A stretch of 64,000 nucleotides of DNA, taken from assembly GCA_965217865.1 (NCBI GenBank), contig CBDCJO010000002.1:2432001-2496000 (forward strand), read 5' to 3'. Position numbers and translations under genes: made by a program. The notes beneath the pieces are model-generated. The model saw nothing but the letters and a program-made list of their open reading frames with translations, made no database searches and was not told the DNA's origin. Shown here one piece after another: positions 21,960 to 32,330 of the stretch. Within the stretch, counting starts at the first letter, position 1. Every line of letters begins with the position of its first letter. This stretch comes from Candidatus Latescibacterota bacterium. GTDB taxonomy: Bacteria > Latescibacterota > UBA2968 > SICM01.

Positions 21960-22250
21960 ACCAGTTGTAGCTCTTGCCCGCCGACACGCGGGGCCTCTTT
22001 CAACAAGAGATCGCGGGCAGCCCGATTAGGCCCTTCTCCACGCAGGCCATGCTGGGCCACATACTCGCCGAGCCGCACGAGAGAATCCTTGAGTACCTGC
22101 GCATTGACGTACGTATGTGCAAAGACGGCTTGCGGGTGGATCGCGACGCTGTCCTGACGCTTCTTGAACCGCGAGCCGAACGACCTCCGAGGCTTGCTCG
22201 ATGACGAACCTGCGGATGGCTGCACCGATGGCGGTGTGAGCCTCTTTTCA
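21960..22250 (-). pseudogene. TM0106-family RecB-like nuclease/helicase internal fragment
   Basis: KKRQDSVAIHPQAVFAH...SLVRLGEYVA...AARDLLL. Confidence 0.45.
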
Positions 22251-22346
22251 TGTGTGGGGTGACGGGCCTGCCAGCTTCGGAACGAATTTCAGTTTCAACT
22301 ATGGTGGCGGGTTGAAGGTGGCGTTGATCGAACCCGCGGCGAGCAT

Positions 22347-22742
22347 GTGGAGGAGCCGGAAATGAATACGCCCGTGGAAGATCTCGATCCGATACCCGAC
22401 GTGTCCACTCGGGACTGGCGGTACTGGAGGACGCCCGTGCTGTTCGGGGCGGGATTCTGCGCCCTCCAAGTCGCCCTCTTCGTAGTGCGGTTCGGCTTCA
22501 GGGATGCAAGCACGGCTGGTCCCGTCGCTTGGGTCCCGGTCCCTTTTGGCCTCGTCTTATTCTTCGCAGGTGGCTTGTTGGTCGGGTTGCTCGCTCAGCG
22601 GCTGGTGCGAGGATGCCACGGTGCGTGGCGGACCTTCCTGCTTGTGGCGATTGCCATAGCCACTCCCTTCGCCGTCGTGTTGGTCGGGATTCCCGTACTG
22701 ATCCGAAAGGTATGGTTGTGGCGAAAACACAAAGGGACTTAG
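22347..22742 (+). CDS. Small multi-pass membrane protein
   Basis: Three hydrophobic segments and a GGAGG RBS before the ATG at 22362. Confidence 0.55.
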   Translation: MEEPEMNTPVEDLDPIPDVSTRDWRYWRTPVLFGAGFCALQVALFVVRFGFRDASTAGPVAWVPVPFGLVLFFAGGLLVGLLAQRLVRGCHGAWRTFLLVAIAIATPFAVVLVGIPVLIRKVWLWRKHKGT

Positions 22743-22774
22743 GGATTACTGGGGCGGCCCATACGGAACCGCGC

Positions 22775-22875
22775 TCATCGAAATACAGGCAGCTGATTTG
22801 ACACAACGGTTTGGTCGCGGATTTTCTCGACAAAACATACTGCAAGATGCACCTGTTTTACCTCTCATATCCACC
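22775..22875 (+). pseudogene. DUF1016/YhcG N-terminal fragment
   Basis: Manual translation AADLTQRFGRGFSRQN, then a frameshift to MHLFYLSYP. Confidence 0.55.
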
Positions 22876-23014
22876 CCCGAGCAGATTCAACGGTAATTAT
22901 ATACTTGATGCAGCCACGGGCTGGGAAATTGAATCGTTATGGGGATGGCTACAGCACTACCAGGTGTAACGCCAATTGAGGTAACAACCCCCATATCCTA
23001 GATCTTCGCTGCTG

Positions 23015-23090
23015 GCTCTCGATCAAAATGACCGCCACCGCTACGTTTTTGGAGACTTTCTTTTGTAAGGAATTACTGGGACACGACACT
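23015..23090. mobile_element. Partial second copy of the MITE (right half), cut at its terminus by an IS110 end
   Basis: CTCTCGATCAAAATGAC...TGTAAGGAATTACTGGGACACGACACT matches 3733-3807. Confidence 0.75.
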
Positions 23091-23383
23091 GATATGTATT
23101 GACCCCTGTCAAGGGCTCCGAAGGTGGTTAGTATGGGTTTATTCTTTGCATAGGTTGTTGTCCGGGGCAGAAGGGACGCTATAGCGACGGTTGATCCGAC
23201 TGATATTCGCGGGTTGGTTACCGTCTGTCCTGGGTTCGTCGCGGAGCTTCCTCAGTCTAGCGTCGAGGGTCAGCCCACTGGGGGGCGGCTCATAGTGTCG
23301 TCGAGGGTTCTCCTGACCGGCCCCTTCTGTCCCGGTTCATTCTCCATCCGCTTACGGATTCGTTGCCTGGGACGTTGATCGTG
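23091..23383 (-). ncRNA. IS110/IS1111-type 3' non-coding region (candidate bridge/seekRNA) and right end
   Basis: Follows an IS110 transposase stop and ends CTTGACAGGGGTCAATACATATC|AG. Internal loops carry ACGACACTA, CTAG and ATATCAG matches to the flank and the element end. Confidence 0.65.
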
Positions 23384-23570
23384 TTATGCGGCCTTTCTGA
23401 CGATGCTGCCGGGGTGTTGATGCTCCCAGGCGATGGCCCAGATGAAGCCGAGCAGCTCCCGCGCGATGGCGGTGCAGACCTTGTTCTTGGGCATCCCCCG
23501 CGCGCTCAGACGATGATACCGTCCAGAAAGTCGTTTCTGCGCCTTCCAGGCGATGGCCTATATGGCGGGC
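23384..23570 (-). pseudogene. IS110-family transposase C-terminal fragment
   Basis: IAWKAQKRLSGRYHRLSARGMPKNKVCTAIARELLGFIWAIA. Confidence 0.8.
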
Positions 23571-23583
23571 GCGGTCCGTTCGG

Positions 23584-23763
23584 CGAGGCGTTGACTCAGC
23601 TAGTTCAGTTGTCCACCCGGCTGATCTGCCAGGAGGGTTTTGAGGCGCATCAGCGGGACCACCTGGGTGTCGATCGGTATAAACGCGGTGAAGGTCGTCG
23701 AGGCTACCGTAGCGGCTATGAGCCGGGCTATCTAGATACTGCCGAAGGCCGCCTCGAGGTCGC
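23584..23763 (+). pseudogene. IS256 transposase fragment
   Basis: Near-identical to the reverse complement of about 43890-44070 (EALTQLVQLSTR...EGRLEVA). Confidence 0.85.
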
Positions 23764-23807
23764 ATACTTTCCTATCCCCCGGAAGGCGGAAGGAAGGGGA
23801 TTGGAAG

Positions 23808-24190
23808 GTGAAACTTCTTGAAGGTGTCGTGATAGGCGTTTCGGCGGGAATTATCTTGAGTCTGTTTTTTTGGGCGAGAGACTTTGTCAAAAGACGTATC
23901 GAGAGACGCGATCAAATACGATATCTCGCCAGTTTGATAGCGAATTTCAGGGAGCTTATATACAGCGCCGAGACGATACATATTTCAGCTATAAGTCAGA
24001 AATTGACAAGAGACCAAATCCGCAAGGCGTATTACGATGACATGCGAAGGCAATTGGATCAATGAAGTGAAACTGGTATTTTTCACCGACCTCTACCCGA
24101 CCGTTCGTTTGAATGATAAAGCATACGAAGGCATATTCGGGAAATTAGAATCCATCAAATGGCTCAAGCTCCCACCAAGGACTACCTGAT
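23808..24190 (+). pseudogene. Small membrane-anchored hypothetical protein, frameshifted near 24062
   Basis: N-terminal TM segment. The frame appears to continue EVKLVFFTDLYP...KWLKLPP after the stop. Confidence 0.35.
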
Positions 24191-24614
24191 TTCCTGAAGA
24201 TGACTGTCTAGAATAACCACTATGCCTAAAGGCATTTCGAATACACGAACCTCCCGAATCGGAAGTTCGCAGGGACGGCGCCGCAAAGCCAAGGTAGCCG
24301 AATCCGACAAGGTCCTTCGTGATATCCTTGAAGAGAGAGAATTCAAGCGGCGCCATCACTGCGGAGGACAGACCTGCCGCAACCATGACAAATCCTTCAA
24401 GCTGCAGAACAAATCTTCGGTGGATTTGAATCATGTCAAAAGCAGAATCTCGTTTATGCGAAGCTTTCGTTCGGATGTGCACTTACACATAACGTTTCCG
24501 CAATTGTGCAAGATGGGCGGGAAGGATCAGCAACGACTCGACGACATGCGGCGAAGCGGGCATTGGCCCGCGACGACGCGATCGCCGAACTTCAGCCGAC
24601 GCTGGAAGAGGTCA

Positions 24615-25640
24615 TCGCTGAGCAGGAGCGTAACCGATTGTTCATCATACTCGAAGAATTGGTTCTTTGGAAGAACACCACGAACGAAGAAGTGATCGAA
24701 CGGGCGCGGCGGGAGATCTGGCAGAGTTGGCGGCGAGCGTGCGCTGAGAATGCGGCGCAACCGAGAGCCACAGAGATTTTCGATCGTCACAAGCTCCCGG
24801 CTTTTCACGATCCGTTTGCGGGGGGTGGAGCGCTTCCGCTGGAGGCGCAGCGGCTGGGGCTGGAAGCCCATGCGAGTGACCTGAACCCGGTGGCGGTGCT
24901 GATCAACAAGGCCATGATCGAGATTCCACCGAAATTTGCCGGCCAGGCGCCGGTGAATCCGGCGGTCCGCCAGGAAAAGAACCTGATCGAGCGCGGCTGG
25001 ATGGGTGCCCAGGGACTAGCCGAAGACGTCCGCTACTACGGGCAGTGGATGCGCGAGGAAGCCGAGCGGCGCATCGGGCATCTGTATCCGAAGATCGATG
25101 TCACCGAGGAGATGGTCGCGGAGCGGCCCAACTTGGAACGCTACAAGGGCCGCAAGCTGACGGTGATTGCGTGGCTGTGGGCGCGGACGGTGAAAAGCCC
25201 CAACCCGGCGTTTGCCGATGTCGATGTGCCGCTGGCCTCGACTTTCATGCTCTCGACCAAAAAGGGCAGGGAGGCATACGTCGAGCCGGTGATTGAGGAG
25301 CAGGGCTATCGGTTCACGGTGAAGGTGGGCCAGCCGCCGGATGCGCAGACGAAGCTAGGAACCAAATCTGGTGGTAGTGGTAGTAGCTTCCTTTGTCTGA
25401 TGTCGCATGTGCCAATGCCGTTCGAGTTTTTGCGTTCCGAGGCAAAAGCGGGTCGTATGGGCGCGTGGGGGGGTGGAGCGTGACGCCATCGCCACCGACC
25501 TCCCCGACGACAATCGACCGCTACGTGAGGGCGGGACCGGAGCCACAGCCTACGCCGAGGCCGTGGGGGTGTATCTGGCGTTGGCGGTCGACAAGTGCAG
25601 CGACTACTGGTCATCAATCTGCAGTTGGCACAATTCTAAG
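24615..25640 (+). pseudogene. DUF1156-family DNA methylase fragments
   Basis: [39 protein letters not shown]. After a deletion: AYAEAVGVYLALAVDKCSDY. Confidence 0.8.
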
Positions 25641-26045
25641 CGACAGACAGCGGAAAACACCTTTGAGCCAGGAGCGCCAAGCCAGACGGTTCCGTTGAGA
25701 CGCAATCAGCCGCGTCCGTTCGACTTGGGCATACTCCGAATGACGGCCTGGATCGATTCTACGCGCCCAAATGACAGCGTTGTTCCTTATGAAGTAGTGG
25801 CTGCCGCAGCCGGAATTGGCCCACACGGACCCACCCCTAGGACCGTCCAGAGAGACCGACTTGCCATCGAAATGAACGTGCCAGCGGCTTGGGTGGAGAG
25901 ACAGCACTGTCAGATCGCCGCAACCGCAGGGGCAGCGCAGGTTGACAGTCCGGTACTTGTGACTAATCCAGAGCTCACCGGCTTTGATTGCGTCAAAATC
26001 GGGCAATACGTCTACGAAGACGGGGCGGAGTTTCACGGGCGTCAT
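25614..26045 (-). CDS. DUF6527-like Cys-rich protein of bacterial ubiquitination operons
   Basis: PVFVDVLP...GELWIS...CPCGCG...W...DG.SVSL...SVW...CGSHYFIRNNAVIW. Confidence 0.7.
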   Translation of the reverse strand: MTPVKLRPVFVDVLPDFDAIKAGELWISHKYRTVNLRCPCGCGDLTVLSLHPSRWHVHFDGKSVSLDGPRGGSVWANSGCGSHYFIRNNAVIWARRIDPGRHSEYAQVERTRLIASQRNRLAWRSWLKGVFRCLSLRIVPTAD

Positions 26046-26054
26046 TCCTGCGAG

Positions 26055-27236
26055 TCAGTCTGCTGTGACAATGCACGGCGTCTCGAGCCGGAACTTGTGG
26101 AGGAACGAAGCCGACCCCGAAACATACTGTTCCGTGCGACGCCGCCACTCCATCACGGCAAGCGACGCCGCCAACGCGTTCACTTCCGGCAGCTGGACGT
26201 TGCGGTAGCCGGGGACATTGCCCTCGACTCTGGCATTCGGAATGGCATCCTTCCACGCGCGAGAGCCTGCGGCATAGGCGCTCGTCGTCACAGCCCCTCT
26301 GACGGCGTAGTCTTCCAGCGTAATGCTCACACCCGAGTCTATGAACGGGACCTCCGCCGCTGAGAGCGCGCAGTAGACGACGTTCTGACGCGGCGAATCG
26401 CCGTCGGTCAGTTGGTCGATACACACGAAGACATAGTCGACGGGATGCGCCGATAGAAACTCGGCGAACATGGACGGGCTGTCCACTCGAACAGCGTGCG
26501 GGTGGATGCCTTCCCGGAGGGAGGCATACTTGGAATGGTAGTAGTCCACTTTGCGCAGGCGCCCCTTGGGACGCGACTCAATCTCCTCGACAGTAGGTGC
26601 GCCCGGTGAGCGCATGAAGTTGTGCCAGTCAACGTCGTCGGAATCCCAAAGATGGATTTCCGCCACTGGCGTCTTCGCAATAAGGTCTAGGACGTAGGCG
26701 CCCGTTCCGCCCAAGCCGATGATCGCAATGCTCTGATCACGGATGCGATCCTGAACCGAGCCTATCGCCGCTCGTGCCTCGAAAGTGTTCGGGATCTTGA
26801 ACGGACCCCGCCTCCCGAGAGAAGCGGTTTCGGAGTAGCCGGCCGCCGACACGGCCCCGACGATCTGCTTCGCATAGCGGTGGATCAAGTCGCTCGCCGA
26901 CACGTCCTCCTTCGGGCTGTTTTGGCTACCTTTCCGGATGGAGATGTTCGACCAGGTCTTGCCGTCGCCGGCGATGTAGCTCTCAATCGGGTTCCCGTCC
27001 GCGTGGTACACGCGCCCGTCGTGCTCTTCGTCAGCGGTGATCCGCACCGCATGGACTGCGCCACCTATCCGGTCATTCGGTTTCCCGTTCATAGGGTCGT
27101 AGGACTTCTCAATGGTACAAGTGCCAACAACCCCGTCTGCAAGCAGACAAGGAACCCGGACGGCCAAGACGACGTCGGAATCGACCCTGACGGCAAACCC
27201 GGCCTGCTCAGCGAACGTGGAGAGACGGTCCCTCAC
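26055..27236 (-). CDS. E2-like plus ThiF/E1 fusion protein
   Basis: IAIIGLGGTGAYVLDLIAKTPVAEIHLWDSD, HNFMRSPG, FVCID, PFIDSG, NVQLPEVNALAASLAV, preceded by a ~150-aa N-terminal extension. Confidence 0.8.
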   Translation of the reverse strand: MRDRLSTFAEQAGFAVRVDSDVVLAVRVPCLLADGVVGTCTIEKSYDPMNGKPNDRIGGAVHAVRITADEEHDGRVYHADGNPIESYIAGDGKTWSNISIRKGSQNSPKEDVSASDLIHRYAKQIVGAVSAAGYSETASLGRRGPFKIPNTFEARAAIGSVQDRIRDQSIAIIGLGGTGAYVLDLIAKTPVAEIHLWDSDDVDWHNFMRSPGAPTVEEIESRPKGRLRKVDYYHSKYASLREGIHPHAVRVDSPSMFAEFLSAHPVDYVFVCIDQLTDGDSPRQNVVYCALSAAEVPFIDSGVSITLEDYAVRGAVTTSAYAAGSRAWKDAIPNARVEGNVPGYRNVQLPEVNALAASLAVMEWRRRTEQYVSGSASFLHKFRLETPCIVTAD

Positions 27237-27365
27237 GAGACATGCTCGGGGTCTACCGAGAAGCTCGTGCCGTCCTTGACTTCAACGTCCTTGCCCGGCA
27301 GGAGGACACCGTCCTCGCCTTTCAGGCTGTCTTCGTAGTCGATGCCGGGCGTGCCTTTGCCGGAA
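27233..27365 (-). pseudogene. Multiubiquitin-like (Ubl) protein C-terminal fragment
   Basis: Not in the ORF track. IDYEDSLKGEDGVLLPGKDVEVKDGTSFSVDPEHVS*, with a GTGA overlap onto the E2-E1 start. Confidence 0.6.
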
Positions 27366-27527
27366 ATCTTCCGGATGCAATTTCGGCCAGCATGGTGTTG
27401 TTCTTGTCGCGGTGGTTTCCGAACCTTATACTTATATAAACGAAACCGGGTTACACCCCGGACAAAAGGAACGGCCGCGCTCCCGAGAGTACGCGGCCTT
27501 GTCCCATTAACTAACTAATTTACAAGA

Positions 27528-28019
27528 TTATATGGATGACAACAGCCCTTGGGAAGAGATCCTCCTGAATACCACCTCGGGACTCACGTTGAAATGATTC
27601 GCAAGCTGATCCATATTCTTGCATTGCTTTAATTCGAGTTTCAGATAATGTAGAGGTACAAGTAGCTCACCGGCGAATTCGTTCGCTTCGAGGTTAAAAT
27701 ACTTCACTTCCTCTTCAGATTGCTCGTCTTCCGGAGGATGTTCAAGATAGATGTGGCCGAGTTCGTGGCCTATGGAGAACCTTCTCCTGTGTGAGTGATG
27801 CCTCTTATTCACTCCAATAAGTTTCTCAGACAAGTCCACAATGGCCGAGTGTTTGTCCATCAGGCTTTCAAGGAGCACCACCTTGCAGCCATCAAACTTA
27901 GCTATATCACAGACAGGAATTGGCGGTCTGATATCACCTGCTCCTTTGCTGTATCTCGAAAGCAGACTCCGCGCTGCCGTCCTGCAGTAGCCTGTTCTTT
28001 TCCTTGGAAGTTCTTCCAT
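27528..28019 (-). CDS. ImmA/IrrE-family metallopeptidase
   Basis: RRRFSIGHELGH and EANEFAGELLVP. Confidence 0.88.
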   Translation of the reverse strand: MEELPRKRTGYCRTAARSLLSRYSKGAGDIRPPIPVCDIAKFDGCKVVLLESLMDKHSAIVDLSEKLIGVNKRHHSHRRRFSIGHELGHIYLEHPPEDEQSEEEVKYFNLEANEFAGELLVPLHYLKLELKQCKNMDQLANHFNVSPEVVFRRISSQGLLSSI

Positions 28020-28209
28020 TAGCTCTTTTCCAACATCTCTCTCAGAGCCTGCAGATGCGATTCCAGATCATTATCTCTTTCTTCTGCTCTACCTTTGAGA
28101 AGCAGCTCCTCATAGGCGATTTTCATTGATTGCTCCTTCCCTTTGGCTCCCTCCCTAGAATCATACCTGGCAGCTCCTTTATATCTAGGTCCGATGTTGT
28201 GAAGCCTAT

Positions 28210-29736
28210 CAGCCCGTTGAAGAACTACCTTTCAACGCACATAAACGGAAAAGACGCCTGGAGTGCGGGTCAGATAAATCAAGGTAAGGAGATTGAGCAG
28301 GAGACGCTGATAAGAGGTTAAAAAGGTGACCGAGGGCAGCAAAGCGTGATTGTAGGACGAGCAGTAGACGCTGCAAGGCCTTGGCCAGGTCCTGGAGGGC
28401 CTTCGGAGTACCTACGCCCATCACTTTGCGCATGAGCAGAGCCAGGTTGCAGCCCCCGATGTGGATCAGCAAACGCTTGAGGATATTGCCGCGGTCTCTC
28501 AAGTGCAACCTGCGCATGCCACCGGTATCATATGTGTGAGCGATGGTTCTTTCCACCCGTTCTGCACGACTTCGGCGCAAGGCCTTGCCGCGATCTCCCT
28601 TGATCCGGCGTCGATTCGCATATACCGCGGCCTGCTCATCTCGTCGGCCGTTCCACTTGCGGCGTCCCCGATCCGGTTCTGAAATGTAACTCCGGATGCC
28701 GCCTTGCTTCAGACTGGTCAATACATCGTTGCTATGATATCCTTTGTCCGCAACCACCTCCCGTATACGCTGTCTGTGCAAACGTTTGGCAGCTTTTTCG
28801 TCCTTCGCGACCTGCTTGAGATTGAGCTGCGCCTCGAGCAGCGTCCAGGGCAACGACTCGGTATCTCCTTCATCTGCTCCCGACAACGCCACTGCCACAA
28901 TGGCATTGGTGTCCAGATCCACCGCGTGCTCCACCTTGTGCGCCATGTGCGTGCGACCGTCCTTCATCTTAGCGATCTTGGCATCCGGGTCGTGCGGGTG
29001 CTCCCAGTCCTGGTTCGATCCCTTCTTCGGTCGCTTCTTATCGATCTTGGACAAGTCCTCGCGGGTAGGCGTTTCAATGCCCGAGGCCTTGGCCAGATTC
29101 TCAAGGAATGCCTGGTAGCCTTCACCCGTGTCACGGCGTACAATGCTGCGCATCGCGGCGTTGGCCTCCAGTGTCGTAGCATCCACGCCCAACGTCTTCC
29201 CCTTCACCAGACCCGCTTTGCACAAGACCCTCAGGATCCACTTGAAAACCGCTTCGTGAACTTCCAAGGGAAGCCGATGCCGGATGCGAGACAGGCTGGA
29301 ATGATCCGGGGTCTGTTCGTCAAGGGCATACCCCAAAAACCGGCGCAACGTCAGCGAGTCAGATACACGCCATTCGATCCCACGTTCCGAATCAAGTCCC
29401 TCGAAATACCCAATCAAAAGCATCCGAAAATAAACCCCGGGCGGAATGCCCTTGCGACCCATATGAGGAGCGTAATACCGCTGGCAAAGCCCCTCGACGA
29501 ACTCGTCGAAGCCGTTCGCCCCCAATACCTGATTCAGCTTCTCGTAGAACGGATGACCCGGAGATTTCACCAAAGTGTTCGATGCGATGTTCAGGTTTTC
29601 CTGTCTCTGTCGTCCTCGTTTTCCCATTGCCATTTGCTCGTCCTCCCTTCTCAGTTTGAACCTGATATATCATAGGACCAAACCACAAGGAAAGACAACA
29701 GTCATCTTGGCATAAACGCACTTTTTCAACAGGCTG
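28210..29736 (-). mobile_element. IS5/IS1182-like element, copy 2 (1527 bp) with non-matching flanks
   Basis: Near-identical to copy 1. Flanks CTAT and ATAG are not a direct repeat. Confidence 0.93.
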
Positions 29737-30525
29737 ATAGGCTTGGATGATACCTGACATCGACGCAAACAACCGCTTTTTATCGCGATCCTTCCTGCTG
29801 AGTAAACCGTCAGGTTCTTGCAACCACTTTATAGTATTGTGAAGGAAATAGGCTAGGTCCATCATCGGCGTTCCGTAGCTGAAGTGATCGCAGTCTACGA
29901 TGCCAAGGACGCGGTCTTCGCTGCACACCACGTTGCCAGCGTGAAGATCACGATGTATTAGCTGGAGAGGCAAGTCGGTCAAGGTGGCTCGCATTTCGGC
30001 TTCCACACCATTAACAAACTCTGAGAGTTCATTCGCCTTTCCGACCTCAAGTACTCCCTTAAGACGGGAACTCCGCTCCAAAAACTCCCCCAATGGATCA
30101 TTCTTCCATGTCGTTGCCGCGAGTTCCAGGTTGGGGTAGTTTGCGAGGGAAACATGCAGTTGAGCGAAAGCCTTACCATACGAACGCATAAGATCCTCCG
30201 GCTTCCCAGGCTTTGGATCGTCATCAGAGATAAGACACGGTGAAAGGGTGAATCGCGTTCCTTCAATATCCACAGTCTGCTGACCATCTCTGGCTCGAAG
30301 AGGAACAGCAACCGGAACTCCCTGTGAGGCGAGATGACGTAGCAGGTCGAACTGAAGGTCGAGCCTTTCGTGCGCTCCCTCGCCGACGAGTTTGAGAATA
30401 AGATCATCGCCGTTGGCACGTCTGACTCTGAACACCTTTTCCGGGCTCAGTTCCTCCAGAGAATGGGCCTGCGATATGCCCCATGCCTGGAGAGCCGCTA
30501 ATGCTTTTTCACGAATAATCATCAT
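29737..30525 (-). pseudogene. Phosphotransferase (APH/homoserine kinase II-like), C-terminus cut by IS copy 2
   Basis: LIHRDLHAGNV, GIVDCD, MDLAYF. Confidence 0.8.
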
Positions 30526-30541
30526 CAGAGAGGGGCATGGC

Positions 30542-30620
30542 CGCTAACGTTCCCGGCACCCACGAACCTGCCAAAGGCAGGTTGGGTCGGAGGCGTGTAT
30601 GCGCCGGAGCCGGGGGTGCC
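30542..30620 (-). other. attC-like hairpin, interrupted by IS110
   Basis: Minus-strand GTTAGCG lies 16 nt before the phosphotransferase start. Stems GGCACCC/GGGTGCC and AACCTGCC/GGCAGGTT. Confidence 0.45.
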
Positions 30621-30710
30621 ATGATATTAATCTAAAGGCCCTCGTTGTCAGGAAAAGTTATTATTTGAGGTCCGGATATCTCAATAACCTTTCCACCACA
30701 GGAGGGCCTT

Positions 30711-31754
30711 ATGCGATACGCGAAGATCGACTCCGACTATTTCTGTGGCATCGATCTCCACGCCAGAACCATGTATGTTTGTGTAATGAGTAAGATGGGG
30801 GAGATTGTGTTCCAGCGCAATCTGAAAAACGACTTCAAACTCTTACTGCAGGTGCTGGAAGCTCACCTCGGTAGCATCGCCGTCGGGGTGGAGTCAACCT
30901 TCAACTGGTACTGGCTGGCTGACGGATGTCACAAGGCCGGAATTCCATTCTACCTGGGACACGCCCTGTATATGAAGGCGATCCACGGGGGCAAAAAGAA
31001 GAACGACCGTCTCGATTCCAGAATGCTGGCAGAGCTGATGCGCTGCAACCTGTTCCCGATGGCCTATGCCTATCCGCAAGAGATGCGGGCAACCCGGGAC
31101 CTGCTCCGGCGAAGGCACCGGTTTGTGGCCTTACGGGCTGAGTGCTACACCCACATCCAGAACACCTTCTCTCAGCAGGCTATCCTGGATCCTCTCAGCG
31201 ACCAGGTCAAAAAGAAGACCAGCAGGAGAAAGCTGTGCGAACGTCTGGCCGACCCAGATCTGGGTATGTCTGTGGGCTGCGATCTGGACCTGGTTGACTC
31301 CCTGGACAAAATGATCTACAAAGTCGAGAAGCAAGTCCTTGCACAGGCCAAACATCACGATCGCAATGCCCTGTCTATCCTGATGACGGTTCCCGGACTT
31401 GGGGAGATGCTGGCCATGACCATCCTGTATGAAATCCACACGGTTGAACGGTTCAAATCCGCTTCAGCCTTCTCCTCCTACAGCCGGCTGATCAAAGTCG
31501 AGAGAGAGTCCGCTGGGAAGAAGACAAAGGACGGGAATAACAAAATCGGAAACTCACACCTAAAGTGGGCCTTCTCGGAAATCATCCTCGTGGCTCAGCG
31601 ATGGTCAGAACCGATCAATAGAAACTACGAGAAACTCAAGAGCAAACACGGTCCGGGAAAAGCCAAGAGCGTCATCGCTCATAAATTCGGCGTGGCCGCC
31701 TACCAAATGCTCAAAAGTGGCCAGGCATTCGACGAGAAACGGTTTGTAGCATAA
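30711..31754 (+). mobile_element. IS110-family transposase, intact, with a GC-rich 3' non-coding region
   Basis: CGIDLH, VESTFNWYW, KNDRLDS, TVPGLG, ESAGK, GNSHLKWAF. Confidence 0.92.
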
Positions 31755-32204
31755 TGGGTGGGGCGGTTAACCCGGCAGCTAACTGGCAGGGCAACGTCCG
31801 GACAATAGCCCAGCTCTCCCGCTGTGATTGGGAAGCCGCCTTCACCCCTTATATAGAACATAGATGAGCGGATCTGAGACAGTCAGTCCGTCTGCCCCCG
31901 CGATGAACCCGAACCTAACCGATGGACCATCCGTCGTGTGAGCAGAGGAGGGCAAACAGGTCCCGCAGGGGAGATGTCATTCCAATTGTCTCCCCAAGGT
32001 CGATAGCGCAAATCTCTCCTCTCACTGTGGCAATGACGTTGTCCGTATGCAGGCCTCCGTGGACCAATCTCCTCATAGTGGGTCGAGTCAAGTTGTTCCA
32101 ATGCCGTTCTATGATTGGGAACAGCTCGGGAAGGTGCTCCTGGATCGGGAAAAGATCTGGGTCCCTTCGTCGCTACCCGACGGGTTCCGATCACTCTCGG
32201 ACGA

Positions 32205-32330
32205 AAACCTGGTGTTTCCGCCGGCGGCTGACCAACGGATCCAATTGAGGGTTCGATGGAAGTCGTTACGGCGTCTGATCTGTCCGATGGTACCTTGCGA
32301 TTTATCTTCCTGCTTGCTGTTCTTGCCACC
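32205..32330 (+). pseudogene. AAA/ABC-type ATPase fragment
   Basis: FPPAADQRIQLRVRWKS, then in a shifted frame DLSDGTLRFIFLLAVLA. Confidence 0.5.

Noticed and set aside
29392-29736. C-terminal extension of the phosphotransferase ORF
   Set aside because: It is read-through into the IS left end.
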